From NCBI RefSeq assembly GCF_004010195.1, contig NC_057711.1, positions 79,826,361 to 79,890,360 on the forward strand: DNA of 64,000 nucleotides, given 5' to 3'. The position numbers and the translations under genes were made by a program. The notes below the pieces were generated by a model. That model was given only the letters and a program-made list of their open reading frames with translations. It had not been told where the DNA came from and made no database searches. This DNA comes from Chiloscyllium plagiosum. Taxonomy: Eukaryota. Position 1 is the first letter of the stretch; the number at the start of each line of letters is the position of its first letter. This document shows, one piece after another, positions 49,990-61,587 of this stretch.

Positions 49990-51811
49990 TAAGCTTGCTT
50001 ATTGTATGCAATAACAAGAAGCCTGTCCTGAGCTCCTACTTCTGGATAATACTAATCCTTGGCGGATAGCTCTGCAATAGTAATGAATAGTCTACTGTGT
50101 AAATATCAAATATTATTTTGAAATAAACATGAAATATAATCTGGAAACCGTTGATAACTGAATGGTAGAAAAAATGCATGTTATAATCTAACCAAGGTTT
50201 TTTTTAAACTTGAAGTCTGTAGATCAAGTTTTTCCTAATCCAGTGGGCATTGAACTTTGATCAGATAATTTTATCATGTGTCTGTCTTGAAAATTATTAC
50301 AAATGGTCCTTGTGACAGAACGTAATGATTTGTGATCATTCTAATTGCTTAATTCCTGTTCAAATAGCTTGAAACCTATCTGTACTGAAGAAATGGAATG
50401 TCTTTTCTAGCCCTCCTTAGAGCTTCAGCTCAGCCACCATAACTTTGGTAGAAGCCCGGTATATGCATCAAACGGACATATCACTGATCCTGCATTGATG
50501 TTATGGGAGCAGAGGAGGAGAAGCTGTGAATTCTGGATTCCTTGTGAAATGTTGAAGTCAAGTGAAGTTAAGGAATTGTATTCCAATGACAGTTGACTTC
50601 GACAGAATCATTTTATTCTACTGCATTTTTTCTCAGATGTAGTTAAAGAAATGTAACCTCCACATGAAAAGGATAAATCAGACAATCTATTAAACTCAAC
50701 ACTAACTCTTGCTAGTCTTAAAGAATTCAAGGGCCAAAGGGCTGTTAGAGTTTTAGAAACTTAGGTTATTTGTTCTGAGGCTAAGGTTCTATAGATCTTG
50801 CAAGAAAAAACGAACCTTTCATCCATCAGACGATATCAGATCTCAATAATGAGCTTCAGCACTAAGCCTTTACGCAGAGAACAGTAGATCCATTTCATTA
50901 AATTGGTGGCTTTGAAACGGAAGAGGAAAGTGGAAGTCAAATCTGTAGCTTTATTGTGATTACAGTTCAAAGGTTATTTTTAGATTGACGCCTTGCTCAA
51001 GAAGCTGGAGATTGAGGGGGAAAAAAAGCTTACATTTGCAATCTTAACACAAGATAGTCACTCAGCAAAGGTATCCAGTCAATCAAGTTCATGATATTTT
51101 GCAGACTGGAAGACAGATACAATAAAGATAGCTGTACAACTGAACAACATAAATCTGAGAGACAGTGCACCTCTACTTTAAAGGCAGAAAATATAGGTGA
51201 CGTCAAGAGCATCAAAAAAACCTGATCTCTTTTTGCACAATGCTATCATGAATAATAGTCCATAATATTATATTGTTTCTCTTTTGTTTATTAGTGCATT
51301 ACAGCTTGAGAGAAAAAAAACAACTATTATGTATTCATTTGGAACAGCTTTAATTGATGGCCCTAAACTTCATTTAGCATGTATTAATTGTGAAATACAG
51401 CATATCTAGACACTGAATTTGAAACATTAATTCTGTTTCTCTTCACAAATACTGCCGGGCCTGAAGAGATCCTCCAGCTTGTTTTTGCTTGTTTCACGTC
51501 TCCAGCAAATGCAATTCTTTGTTTTATATCTATTGTGCTATTGCTGTTCAAGAAGGAACAGATGTGCAAAAGAAAGAATATCACAATTGCACTTAGAGAA
51601 AATAAATTTGGCTGTGAACGTATGAGGTGGGAATATACCCAAAGTTCCCTGGTGCTGAGGGGCAGCTATGCTAAACACTGAGCCACTGTGCTGCTCTTCA
51701 CCATGGCTAAATTCTGGTTGTGCAATTTCACAGATTTCTCATTACTTCAGTGTTTGAATGACTTAGTTCTCCATTTTCTCAGCCTTTTTTTGAGTACGTT
51801 TTATCAATTTG

Positions 51812-52067
51812 TAGATTAGATTATTTACAGTTTGGAAACAGGCCCTTCAGCCCAATAAGTCCACACCGACCCGCCGAAGCACAACCCACCCAGACCCATT
51901 CCCCTACATTTACCCCTTAACCTAACAGTACGGGCAATTTAGGATGGCCAATTCACCTAACCTGCACATTTTTGGACTGTGGAAGGAAACCAGAGCATCC
52001 GGAGGAAACCCACGCAGACACGGGGAGAACGTGCAAACTCCACACAGAGAGTCGCCTGAGGCGGGAA
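51812..52067 (-). mobile_element. HE1-type SINE, 5'-truncated
   Basis: Matches 40737-40985; further fragments at about 51620-51695 and 52250-52340. Confidence 0.92.
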
Positions 52068-52504
52068 CTTTTCTAATTTGCAGTTGCATCAAAATGTTCT
52101 CATTAGTGCTGTAAATACAACCTTTCACAATTACATTTTTTAAATGCCACACTTTAGGACATTTTTTCCTCTACTAATCTTCCTTAAATTAAGTACGTTA
52201 GTAGTGGAAACAGCAAAATAAATTGGTGGCAATTTTTTTTATTGTTGTACAGATTAGATTAGATTCCCTACAGTGTGGCAACAGGCCCTATGATCAAATA
52301 ATTCCACACCAACCCTCCGAAGAGTAACCCGCCCAGACACTTGTACTAACCTTTGGTTAGTTTCCATGCCTGCTGTGAGCACTAGATAACTGTAATGTTT
52401 GGGATGTGTCTAAAGCTGACTGCTCTGTTCTCATTATTCCTGGACCCACCTAAGCAAGTGTTTCCTAACAGTGGACAGTTAACACAAAATGGAGAGATAT
52501 GACA

Positions 52505-53105
52505 TGGATTACTCATAACAGGGTCCCTAGCATCTGACATACTCTTATAGCCACATATATGGCTCTTAAATGGCTGGTCCAGTTCATTGGTAAACCCGGG
52601 ATGTTGATCTTGGGGGATTCAATGCTGATAATGCCATTGAGTGTCAAGGGTTGATGATTAGATTCTCTCTTGTAGGAGATAGCCATTGCCTGGTACTTGT
52701 GTGGCATGAATATTACTTGCCAATTGTCTAAACCTGGATATTGTCCAGGCAATGCTGCATTTGGACAGCAACTGCTTCAGTACATGAGGAATTTTGAATA
52801 CTTCTGATCATTATGCAATCGTTATCCCAACTTCTGAATTAATAGAGGAGGAAAGGTCATTGATGAAGCAGCTGAAGATGATTGGATCAAAGTCACAGCC
52901 TTGAGGAACTCCCACAGTGATGACCTATGGCTGAGATGATTGATGTCCAACAACCATAATCATTTTCCAATGTAACTGGTATAATTCCAACCAGTTGGGA
53001 ATTTTGGCCCTGATTCATATTCATGTCAGTTTTGCTAAGGTTACTGAAGTTACACTTTGTCAAATAATGCCTTGATGTCAATGGCAGTCACTCTGACTTC
53101 ACTCC
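52505..53105 (-). mobile_element. Old LINE RT fragment (CR1/L2 group)
   Basis: WQVIFMPHKYQAMAIS...LTLNGI...INIPG remnant. Confidence 0.6.
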
Positions 53106-53224
53106 ATACATGCAGCATACGTGATAGTTTAGATTAAATGAATAGAATGTGAGAATGGCAGAACAATGGTGTGTCAAACTACCAGACTGGAAAGAACAGA
53201 CAGTCCCACTGCGGTGGGAGAAGA

Positions 53225-53790
53225 GGGTAGCAGTGAATGTAACAAGCAAAGCTAAAACAATTGGAAGGTGTTGAGCACAGAAGGATGTAAACTGTCTAGT
53301 TTGAAGGTGAGATGTTGCTCCTTCAGTTTCCATTGTGATTCACTGGAGCATTGCAGCCTGCCGAGGATATAATGGTGGACATGCGAGCAGGATGTAGAGT
53401 TGGCCACATTGGGCGCAGTGAATACATTACACAAGACTGGAGGAGGTAAAGGTGAAGTGCTGCACCCGGAAAGACTGCTTGGACGGTGAATAAGGAGATG
53501 GTGAAAGGTCAGCTGTTGCATCTTCTGCGGTTAAATGGGAAGGTGCTATGGGAAGGGAGAGTTGTGTAGGTAGTCGAGGAATGGACTAGGGTATCTCAGA
53601 AGCAATCCCTCCAAAATTCAGATGGGGAAAATGAGGGGAAGATGTAGTGAAATTCTGCTGGAGTTGCCTGAAATGGAGGAGAATGATCCTTTGAATGCAG
53701 AAGCCAATAGAGTGAAAAGTAAGCTTGCTTTCTCTCCATGGACGCTGCCTGACCCACCGTGATCTCCAGCACTTTTGTTTTCAGTCTGTG
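53225..53790 (-). mobile_element. Old Penelope-like GIY-YIG fragment with an oppositely oriented terminal piece at about 53725-53785
   Basis: SESQWKLKEQHLTFKLDSLHPSVLN resembles the PLE C-terminus at 26620-26680. Confidence 0.65.
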
Positions 53791-53799
53791 GAAGTTTTT

Positions 53800-54067
53800 T
53801 TAGATTAGATTAGATTACTTAGTGTTGGGCCGAAGGGCCTATTTCCACAAGTCCACACTGACCTGCTGAATCGCAATCCACCCATTCCCCTACATTTACC
53901 CCTTCACTTAACACTGCAGGCAATTTAGCATGGACTGTGGGAGGAAACCGGGGCACCCGGAGGAAACCCACGCAGACACGGGGAGAATGTCTAAACTCCA
54001 CACAGTCAGTCGCCTGAGTCGGGAATTGAACTTGGGTCTCTGGCGCTGTGAGGCCAACGTGCCACCC
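53800..54067 (-). mobile_element. HE1-type SINE with internal deletions and a short inversion near the tail
   Basis: (tagat)n tail and HE1 core; tgttgggccgaagggcctatttccaca is in the opposite orientation relative to sister copies. Confidence 0.85.
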
Positions 54068-54879
54068 TGACCTCCATGGGAACAGCCTGGGAAGTTTGAG
54101 CTTCCTATGAGCGATTTCCATGCTTCCTGTGACCTGCTGCAAAAGTCTCCAACACTATCACAGGGTTGGGAATTTCAAACAGTTTTGTAACACTTATACA
54201 TACCCAGGAACTGTTGGACAGAAAAATTCTCATCTAACTGCTGGTTGACTACAGAACGTCCTCCCCCTCCACCACTCACATTCACCCATCCCCTAATTCC
54301 CTTCAACCTCTGATTGAGCTTCTAACTGTCCTTGACTTGAACTAATTACCTCCCCTCCCAATATGAACTTACAGCTACATTCCAACAGTATCTGACTACC
54401 CTCACTAACCAAATGCCCCTCAAACTGACTTGGGAAACTCCCTCTTAACTGTCCATTCTGACCAAAGCTGATGAGCACCAACCAGACCTGAACTTACCCT
54501 TCGCCTCCCTGAATACACTCCCATCCAACCTGACCAGTCCCTGATCTGATTCGCACTTCTGATCCAACTCCTGACTCACTTAAACACTCACCCAGTTCTT
54601 ACCCTACCCACTTTTCTCATCCATCCTACCTGATTATCTCAATTACCTACTCACCCAATTTATTTTCTCACATATGCACTCACCCATTCACTAACATTCA
54701 CAATGGACATTTAAACTTCCCATGTTGCAGCCAGTGCCATAAAAAGGAAATGTGCCATTTGCGCTCATCCTCTTAGTAGGATTTCAGTGCTGAGAGGGAT
54801 GCTGCATTGCACATCAGAGGTGTTTAAACATAACCAGTGAAGTGGGAATCATTCTGACAACAGTTCTGACACTAGAAGA

Positions 54880-56420
54880 TTTGGACCAATATTTTCTTAA
54901 TGGTGAGAGACTAGAAACTGTAGAGCAACAAAAACATTATTAGTGCTCAAGCACACATGTCCCTAAAAGCTAGTGCACAGGTAGAGAAAGTAATGAAAAA
55001 AAAAGCACCAGTAACATTGGCCTGCATCTCAAGAGGATACAAAGAGTCTCTTTGTTCAGCAACGCTCCCTAGGACCTTACTATTAAGTGTATAAGTCCTG
55101 CTAAGATTTGCTTTCCCAAAATGCAGCATCACACATTTATCTGAATTAAACTCCATCTGCAACTTCTCAGCCCATTGGCCCATCTGGTCCAGATCCTGTT
55201 GTAATCTGAGGTAACCCTCTTCGCTGTCCACTACACTTCCAACTTTGGTGTCATCTGCAAACTTACTAACTGTACCTCTTATGCTCGCACCCAAATCATT
55301 TATGTAAATGACAAAAAGTAGAGGATCCAGCACCGATCCTTGTGGCACTCCACTGGTCACAGGCCTCCAGTCTGAAAAACAACCGTCCACCACCACCCTC
55401 TGTTTTCTACCTTTGAGCCAGTTCTGTATCCAAATGGCTAGTTCTCCCTGTAATACATGAGATCTAACCTTGCTAATCAGTCTCCCATGGGGAACCATGT
55501 CGAAAGCCTTACTGAAGTCCATATAGATCACATCTACTGCTCTGCCCTCATCAATCTTCTTTGTTACTTCTTCAAAAACTCAATCAAGTTTGTGAGACAT
55601 GATTTCCCACTCACAAAGCCATCTTGACTATCCCGAATCAGTCCTTGCCTTTCCAAATACATGTACATCCTGTCCCTCAGGATTCCCTCCAACAACTTGC
55701 CCACCACCAAGGTCAGGCTCACCGGTCTATAGTTCTCTGGCTTGTCTTTACCACCCTTCTTAAACAATGGCATTACGTTTGCCAACCTCCAGTCTTCTGA
55801 CACCTCACCAGTGACTATCGATGATACAAATATCTTAGCAAGAGGCCCAGCAATCACTTCTCTAGCTTCCAGAGAGAGAGTTGTGCTTTAGATGCCATGG
55901 TCAAATTCAAAATGGAGTATTGTAATCAATTTTGGATACTGCCTCGCAGGGGGAATATATCGGTCTTAAAGGAGAGATAGAGCTCATTGGTTAGAATGAC
56001 ACCACGGCTTAAAGGATTAAAGTATGAGGACAACTTGCAAAAAGTTGATAAGTATTTCGCTGTGTTGAGAAGGTTGAGGAATAATTTTAATTTGCAATTA
56101 GATGTTAAAGTTATTTGATAGAATAGATAAAGAGAAGTTAATTCCTCTGGTGGAAGAAACCAGAAAAATGGAAGATACCTTGAAATTGGAGCTAAACCAT
56201 TCAGAAATTAAATCAAGAATCATTTTTTCATTTGGAAATCTAAGACTCTATTCCCAGAATTTGGACCATAAAGATCATTAACATATCTACATTAACATTA
56301 TTAAAGGATAGTAATCAAAGGTGGTTAAATAGAGTTGAGTCTCACGTTTGTTGTGATTTTAATAAATGTTGGATCAGACTTGAGGGGATAAATGGTCTGT
56401 TATTGATCCTTCTATGATTG
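54880..56420 (+). mobile_element. Old CR1 3' fragment interrupted by a young antisense CR1 piece
   Basis: YFLNGERLETVEQQ before 55043; MVKFKMEYCNQFW and LKGLKYEDNL after 55870. Confidence 0.7.
55043..55869 (-). mobile_element. Young internal CR1 RT fragment
   Basis: EDWRLANVMPLFKKG...NYRPVSL; MDFSKAFD; GVPQGSVL; KFADDTK. Confidence 0.93.
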
Positions 56421-56980
56421 GTGTTTGCATGATGGTGTTCTAAATGTGCATATTGTTATCCTTCTCATTTATTGTGCAAGTTTTGCCATCTATGCTCTGG
56501 CATTAAGATTGTTTATTTCTGAGTCACTTAAAAACAATGTTATTGTAGCAGATGCAGAATTTATAGGTTGGTGTTTATACATCATCAGTAGACATGAATC
56601 TGCAACAAAAACAGGAAGGAAATGCTTTTAATGGCATGATTGACAAATTAACAACAACATTCAAGTGATCAACATGATATGTACTTCAGCAATAATGGAT
56701 AATCTTTAGTGAACTGGAGAATTGGAATGAGCAGGATATCTATGATAAAAGAGATAACATCAGTTTGTGACATCAGTTGTAAGCTTCAGTTCCCTGATCA
56801 ACTATATTTTCCTCTGGAAAACTAGGTGAAGGATAGAACCGAAACTAACCTTTGCACATTCTTAAAATTTTTTTAGGGACATACACTTTATTATCATGCA
56901 TGGCCTAACCCAATTACCACAGCTTCAGCCGGCTCCCATTCTGTGTATCCATGATTAATATTCAACACCTGAATACAACA

Positions 56981-57154
56981 ACGGAGGAACCTCGATTATC
57001 CAGCATTCAATTAACTGAATTTCAGATGATCCGAACAAGATCACACAGTCCCATTGCGTGGCTAACTATGTTATCTGGCATTGATTACCTGGCATTCGAT
57101 TAATCAGACAAAATATTCCCTACCTGTGTCCTTCGGATAATAGAGGTTGCTGTG
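56981..57154. mobile_element. Tigger/pogo-like MITE
   Basis: Terminal inverted repeats gaacctcgattatcc and ggataatagaggttg; internal cattcgatta-like subrepeats. Confidence 0.65.
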
Positions 57155-57194
57155 CACATACAATTAAGACACAATCAATACCTATGACAGAAGC

Positions 57195-57550
57195 TGAGAG
57201 TCATGGAGTCAGACTCATCCATGCCAATGCTGTTTCCCCATTTGCGTGTGTTTGGCCCATAGCCCTCTAAGTCTTTTCTAATCATGTACGTGGGGTCCAA
57301 ATTTCTTTCAAATGCTGTAATTGTACCTACTTTTACTATTTGCTCTGGTTGTTCATCCACATATGCACCAGCCCCTGTGAAAAACTTGTCCTTCAGGTCC
57401 CTTTTAAATCTTTCCCCTCTTGCCTTAAACCTTTGTCCACTAATTTTGAACTTGCCTACCCTAGTAAAAGGACCTTTGCTATTTATTTTAGCTATGCATC
57501 TCATGATTTTATAAGCCTCAAAAGATCACCGTTCAACCTCCAAAGCTCCT
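57195..57550 (-). mobile_element. CR1 3' fragment
   Basis: GQRFKARGERFKRDLKDKFF motif. Confidence 0.85.
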
Positions 57551-60318
57551 TGGGGATTTGTGGCCTTGTTTCTAGGGATCAAAGTCAGAGGGAGGAACAC
57601 CCAGGGCACAATGAATAGAAATCTAACTTACCTCAGTGATTTGTGGCCTTATTTCCAGGGAGTGGAGTCAGAGGGAGGAGCACCTGAAGTAACTGAAAAC
57701 AAACTGAAAAAAGTGACCTCATGGGAGGGCTGTGACCTGATTGGCTGGGAGGAAATCCATCCTAAATTTGAAAAAGCCTGCAAAACTGATTAATAAATAA
57801 TTAAATAACGAATAAAATAATAAAGTAGAGAAGTAGAGTTCGAAACTGGCAGATATGATATGGTGGGCATCACGGAGACATGGCTGCAAGGGGATTAGGA
57901 CTGGGAGCTAAATATCCAAGGATATGCATCCTATTGAAAAGACAATCAGGTGGGCAGTGGGGGTGGGTTTCCTTATTAGTAAGAAATGAAGTCAATAGCA
58001 AGAAACAATGTAGGGTCAGATGGTGTATAAACTGTGTGGATAGAGTTGAGGAATGGCAAAGGTGAAAAAAGCATAATGGGAGCTATGTACAGGCCTCCAA
58101 ACAGTAGTCAGGAGCTGGGCATAAGATACACTAGGAGATAGAAAAGGCATGTAAGAAAGGCAAGGCTACAGTGATCATGGGGGATTTCAGTTTGAGGTGG
58201 CCTGGGAAAATTAGGTTGATAGTGGATTGCAAGGAAAGGAATTTGTGGAATGTCTACAAGATGGCTATTTGGAGCGGCTTGTGGTAGAGTCCAGTAGGGA
58301 ACAGGCAATACTGGATTTAGTGTTGTGAAATGAGGCAGACTTGATAAGGGAGCTTATGGTGAAGGAACCCTTAGGAAGCAGTGACCATAATATGATGGAA
58401 TTTACTCTGCAATTTGAGAGGGAGAAGGTGGAATCAGGTGTAACAGTATTACAGTTTAATAAAGGCATGTGCTGACGCATGAGGGAGGAGCTGACCAGAA
58501 TTGACTGGGAAAGGAGCCTAGCAGGAAAGACAGTTGAACATCAATGGCAGGAGACTCTGGGAGTGATTCAGAAGGCACAACAAAATTCATCCTTAGGCAA
58601 AAGAAGCACATGTAAGGGAAGATGAGGTCAGCGTGGCAGACAAGGGAAGGCAGGAACAGCAAAAAACCAAGAGACAATGCATATAAAGTGGAGAATGGCA
58701 GTGGGAAGTCAGGGAATTGGGAAGCTTGCAAATACCATTAGATGACAACGAAATAAAGAAATAAGAAGAGAGAAGATTAAATATGAGGGTAAGCTAACCA
58801 ATAACATAAAGGAAGAATAGAAGAATTTCTTTAGATATATAAATAGCAAGAGAGAGGCAAAAGTGGACATTGGGCCACTGGAAAATGACACTGGAGAAGA
58901 AATAGTGGGGAACAACGAAATGGCCGAGGAACTGATTAAAACTTTTGTGTTGGTCTTCATTGTAGAAGACATGGGTAATATCCTAAAAATTCAAGGGAGT
59001 GAGGGGGCAGAGATGAGTATGATGGCCATCACCAAGGAAAAGGTGCTAGAAAAACTGAAAGGTCTGAAGGTGCATGAATCACCTGGACCAGATGAACTAC
59101 ACCCCAGAGTTCTGAAGGAGATAGCTGAAGATATAATGGAGTTGATGGTCGTGATCTTTGAGGAATCAATGGAATCAGGGAGGGTCCCTGAGGACTGGAA
59201 AATCACTAGAGTAACCCCCCTGCCACCAATTAAGAATGGAGTAAGGCTAAAGACAGGAAATTGCAGGCTAATTAGCCTGACCTTGGTTGTTTTTAAGATT
59301 TTGCAGTCCACTGTGAAAGATTACATTTTTGAAAACTTGGAAACGCATGGTAAAATACGGCAAAGTCAGCATGGTTTTCTCAACGGAAGTCATGCTTGAC
59401 AAATCTGTTAGAATTCTTTGAGGAGGTAATGAGCAGTTAAGACCAAGAAGAACCAATGGATGTTATCTACCTTGTCTTCAAAAAGGCCTTTGACAAGGTG
59501 CTGCAAAGAGGCTGCTGAGTAAGATAAGGGCCCATGGTCTCACTAACATGGATAGAATATTTGCTGTCAGGTAGAAGGCAGGGAATGGGGATAAAAGGAT
59601 CCTTCTCAGGAAGACAGCTGGTGACTAGTGTTCTTCCACAAGGATCATTGTTGGGACTTCAACTTGTCACTTTATACATTAGTGATCTAGAAGAAGGAAT
59701 TGAGGGCATTCTGGCTAAGTTTGCAGATGACATAATGATAGGTAGAGAGACAGGTAGTGTCGAGGAGGTGGGGAAGATGCAAAAGGATTTAGACAGTTTA
59801 GGTGGGTGGGCAAAGAAGTGGTAAATGGAATAGAATGTGGGAAATTATCAGGTCATGCACTTTGGTCGGAAAAAATGGTATTTTCTAGATGGGGAGAAAA
59901 TTCAGAAGTCTGAAGTGCTAAGGTCTTCTGTAACCTAGTCCAGGATTCTGTCAAGGTAAACTTATAGTTTGAGTCAGTAGTTAGGAAGGCAAATACAAAG
60001 TTGGCATTTATTTTGAGAGGACCAGAGTGTAAAAGCAGGGATGCACTTCTGAGGCTTTATAAGGTTCTGGTCAGAAAACATTTAGAGTATTGTGAGCAAT
60101 TTTGGGCCCCATATCTCAGGAAGGATGTACTGGCCTTGGAGCATGCTCACAGGAGGTTCACAAGAATGATCCCAGGAATAAAAGGCTTAACATATGAGGA
60201 GTGTTTGAGGAATTTGGGTTTATACTTGATGGAGCTTAGAAGGATGGGGTGTATCTAATTGCAACTTATAGAATACTGAATGACCTGGACAGAATGGATG
60301 TTGGGAAGATGTTTCCAT

Positions 60319-60446
60319 GAAGAAGGGCTTATGCCCGAAACGTCGATTCTCCTGCTCCTCGAATGCTGCCTGGCCTGCTGTGTTTTTCCAGCACCACATT
60401 TTTCAACTCTGGTACTCCAGCATCTGCAGTCCTCACTTTCTCCTCC
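60319..60446 (+). mobile_element. Short family A PLE insert
   Basis: 13 bp TSD aagatgtttccat at 60306-60318 and 60447-60459; starts (T)GAAGA-a-GGGC-ttat-GCCC-GAAACGTC. Confidence 0.9.
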
Positions 60447-60636
60447 AAGATGTTTCCATTGGCAGGAGAGTCTGAATGTGAGGCCACAGATTTAGAATAA
60501 AGGAAAGACCCTTTAGAATGGAATAAGGAGAAACTTGTTCAATCAGCGAGTGGTGAATCTATGGAGTTTGTTGCCACACAAGGCTATGGAGGCCAGGTCA
60601 TTGACTATATTTAAGACAGAGATAGATTAGATTAGT

Positions 60637-60951
60637 GGGCGGCACGGTAGCACGGTGGTTAGCACTGCTGCTTCACAGTGCCAGAGACCCGGGTTCAATT
60701 CCCGCCTCAGGCGACTCTCTGTGTGGAGTTTGCACATTCTCCCCGTGTCTGCGTGGGTTTCCTCCGGGTGCTCTGCTTTCCTCCCACAATCCAAAATTGT
60801 GCAGGTTAGGTGAATTGGCCATGCTAAATTGCCCGTAGTGTTAGGTGAAGGGGTAAATGTAGGAGAATGGGTCTGGGTGGGTTACGCTTCGGCGGGTCGG
60901 TGTGGACTTGTTGGGCCGAAGGGCCTGTTTCCACACTGTAAGCAATCTAAT
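60637..60951 (+). mobile_element. Young full-length HE1-type V-SINE
   Basis: A box tagcacggtgg and B box ggttcaattcc; 3' end gggccgaagggcctgtt shared with the CR1 3' end at 22479-22496. Confidence 0.95.
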
Positions 60952-61278
60952 AAATAGGTGCTTAATTGTCAAGGGCATCAAAGGTTATGGTGAGAAAGCG
61001 GGAGAGTAAGGTTGAGAAACTTACCACCCATGATTGAATGATGGAGCAGTCTCGATGGGCCTAATGCCCTAATTTCTGCTCCAATGTCTTATAGCCTTAA
61101 GTGTTGACATCATATTTCTATATAGGAGCAGGAGTGATCAGACCCATGTAACCAGGAGCAAGTGGCATTAAGTGAAGCCCAATCACAATATATTGTTATG
61201 AAGAAAGCCACAACGTCAACTCAGTAATCTAACCTCATAAGTGGGGAAAGTCCCTGAAGAAACATTCAAAGTGACACA

Positions 61279-61587
61279 GGCTGCACAGTGGCTAAGTGGT
61301 TAGCACTGCTGCCAGAGACCTGGGTTCTATTCCCACCTCGGGCAACTGTCTGTGTGGAGTTTGCACATTCTCCCCGTGTCTTGGGTTTCCTCCGGGTGAT
61401 CTGGTTTCCTCCCTCAATCCAAAGATGTGCAAATCACGTGAATTGGCCATGGTAAATTGCCTGTAGCATTAGATGCATTAATCAGGGGTAAATCAGTGGG
61501 TCTGGGTGGGTTGCTCTTCGGAGTGTCAGAGTAGACTTGTTGGGCTGAAGAGCCTGTTTCCATACTGTAGGGAATCTAATCTAATCT
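61279..61587 (+). mobile_element. HE1-type V-SINE
   Basis: Head, core and (aatct)n tail. Confidence 0.92.

Larger units (their letters stand above)
57570..61100 (+). mobile_element. CR1 ORF2 (EN-RT) and 3' end, decayed; ORF1 absent
   Basis: YDMVGITETWL (about 57853); SPGPDELHPRVLKE; LPQGSLLG...KFADD; LRLYKVLVRKHLEYCEQFW. Confidence 0.92.

Noticed and set aside
60637..60710. tRNA gene
   Set aside because: tRNA-derived SINE head that continues into the HE1 body
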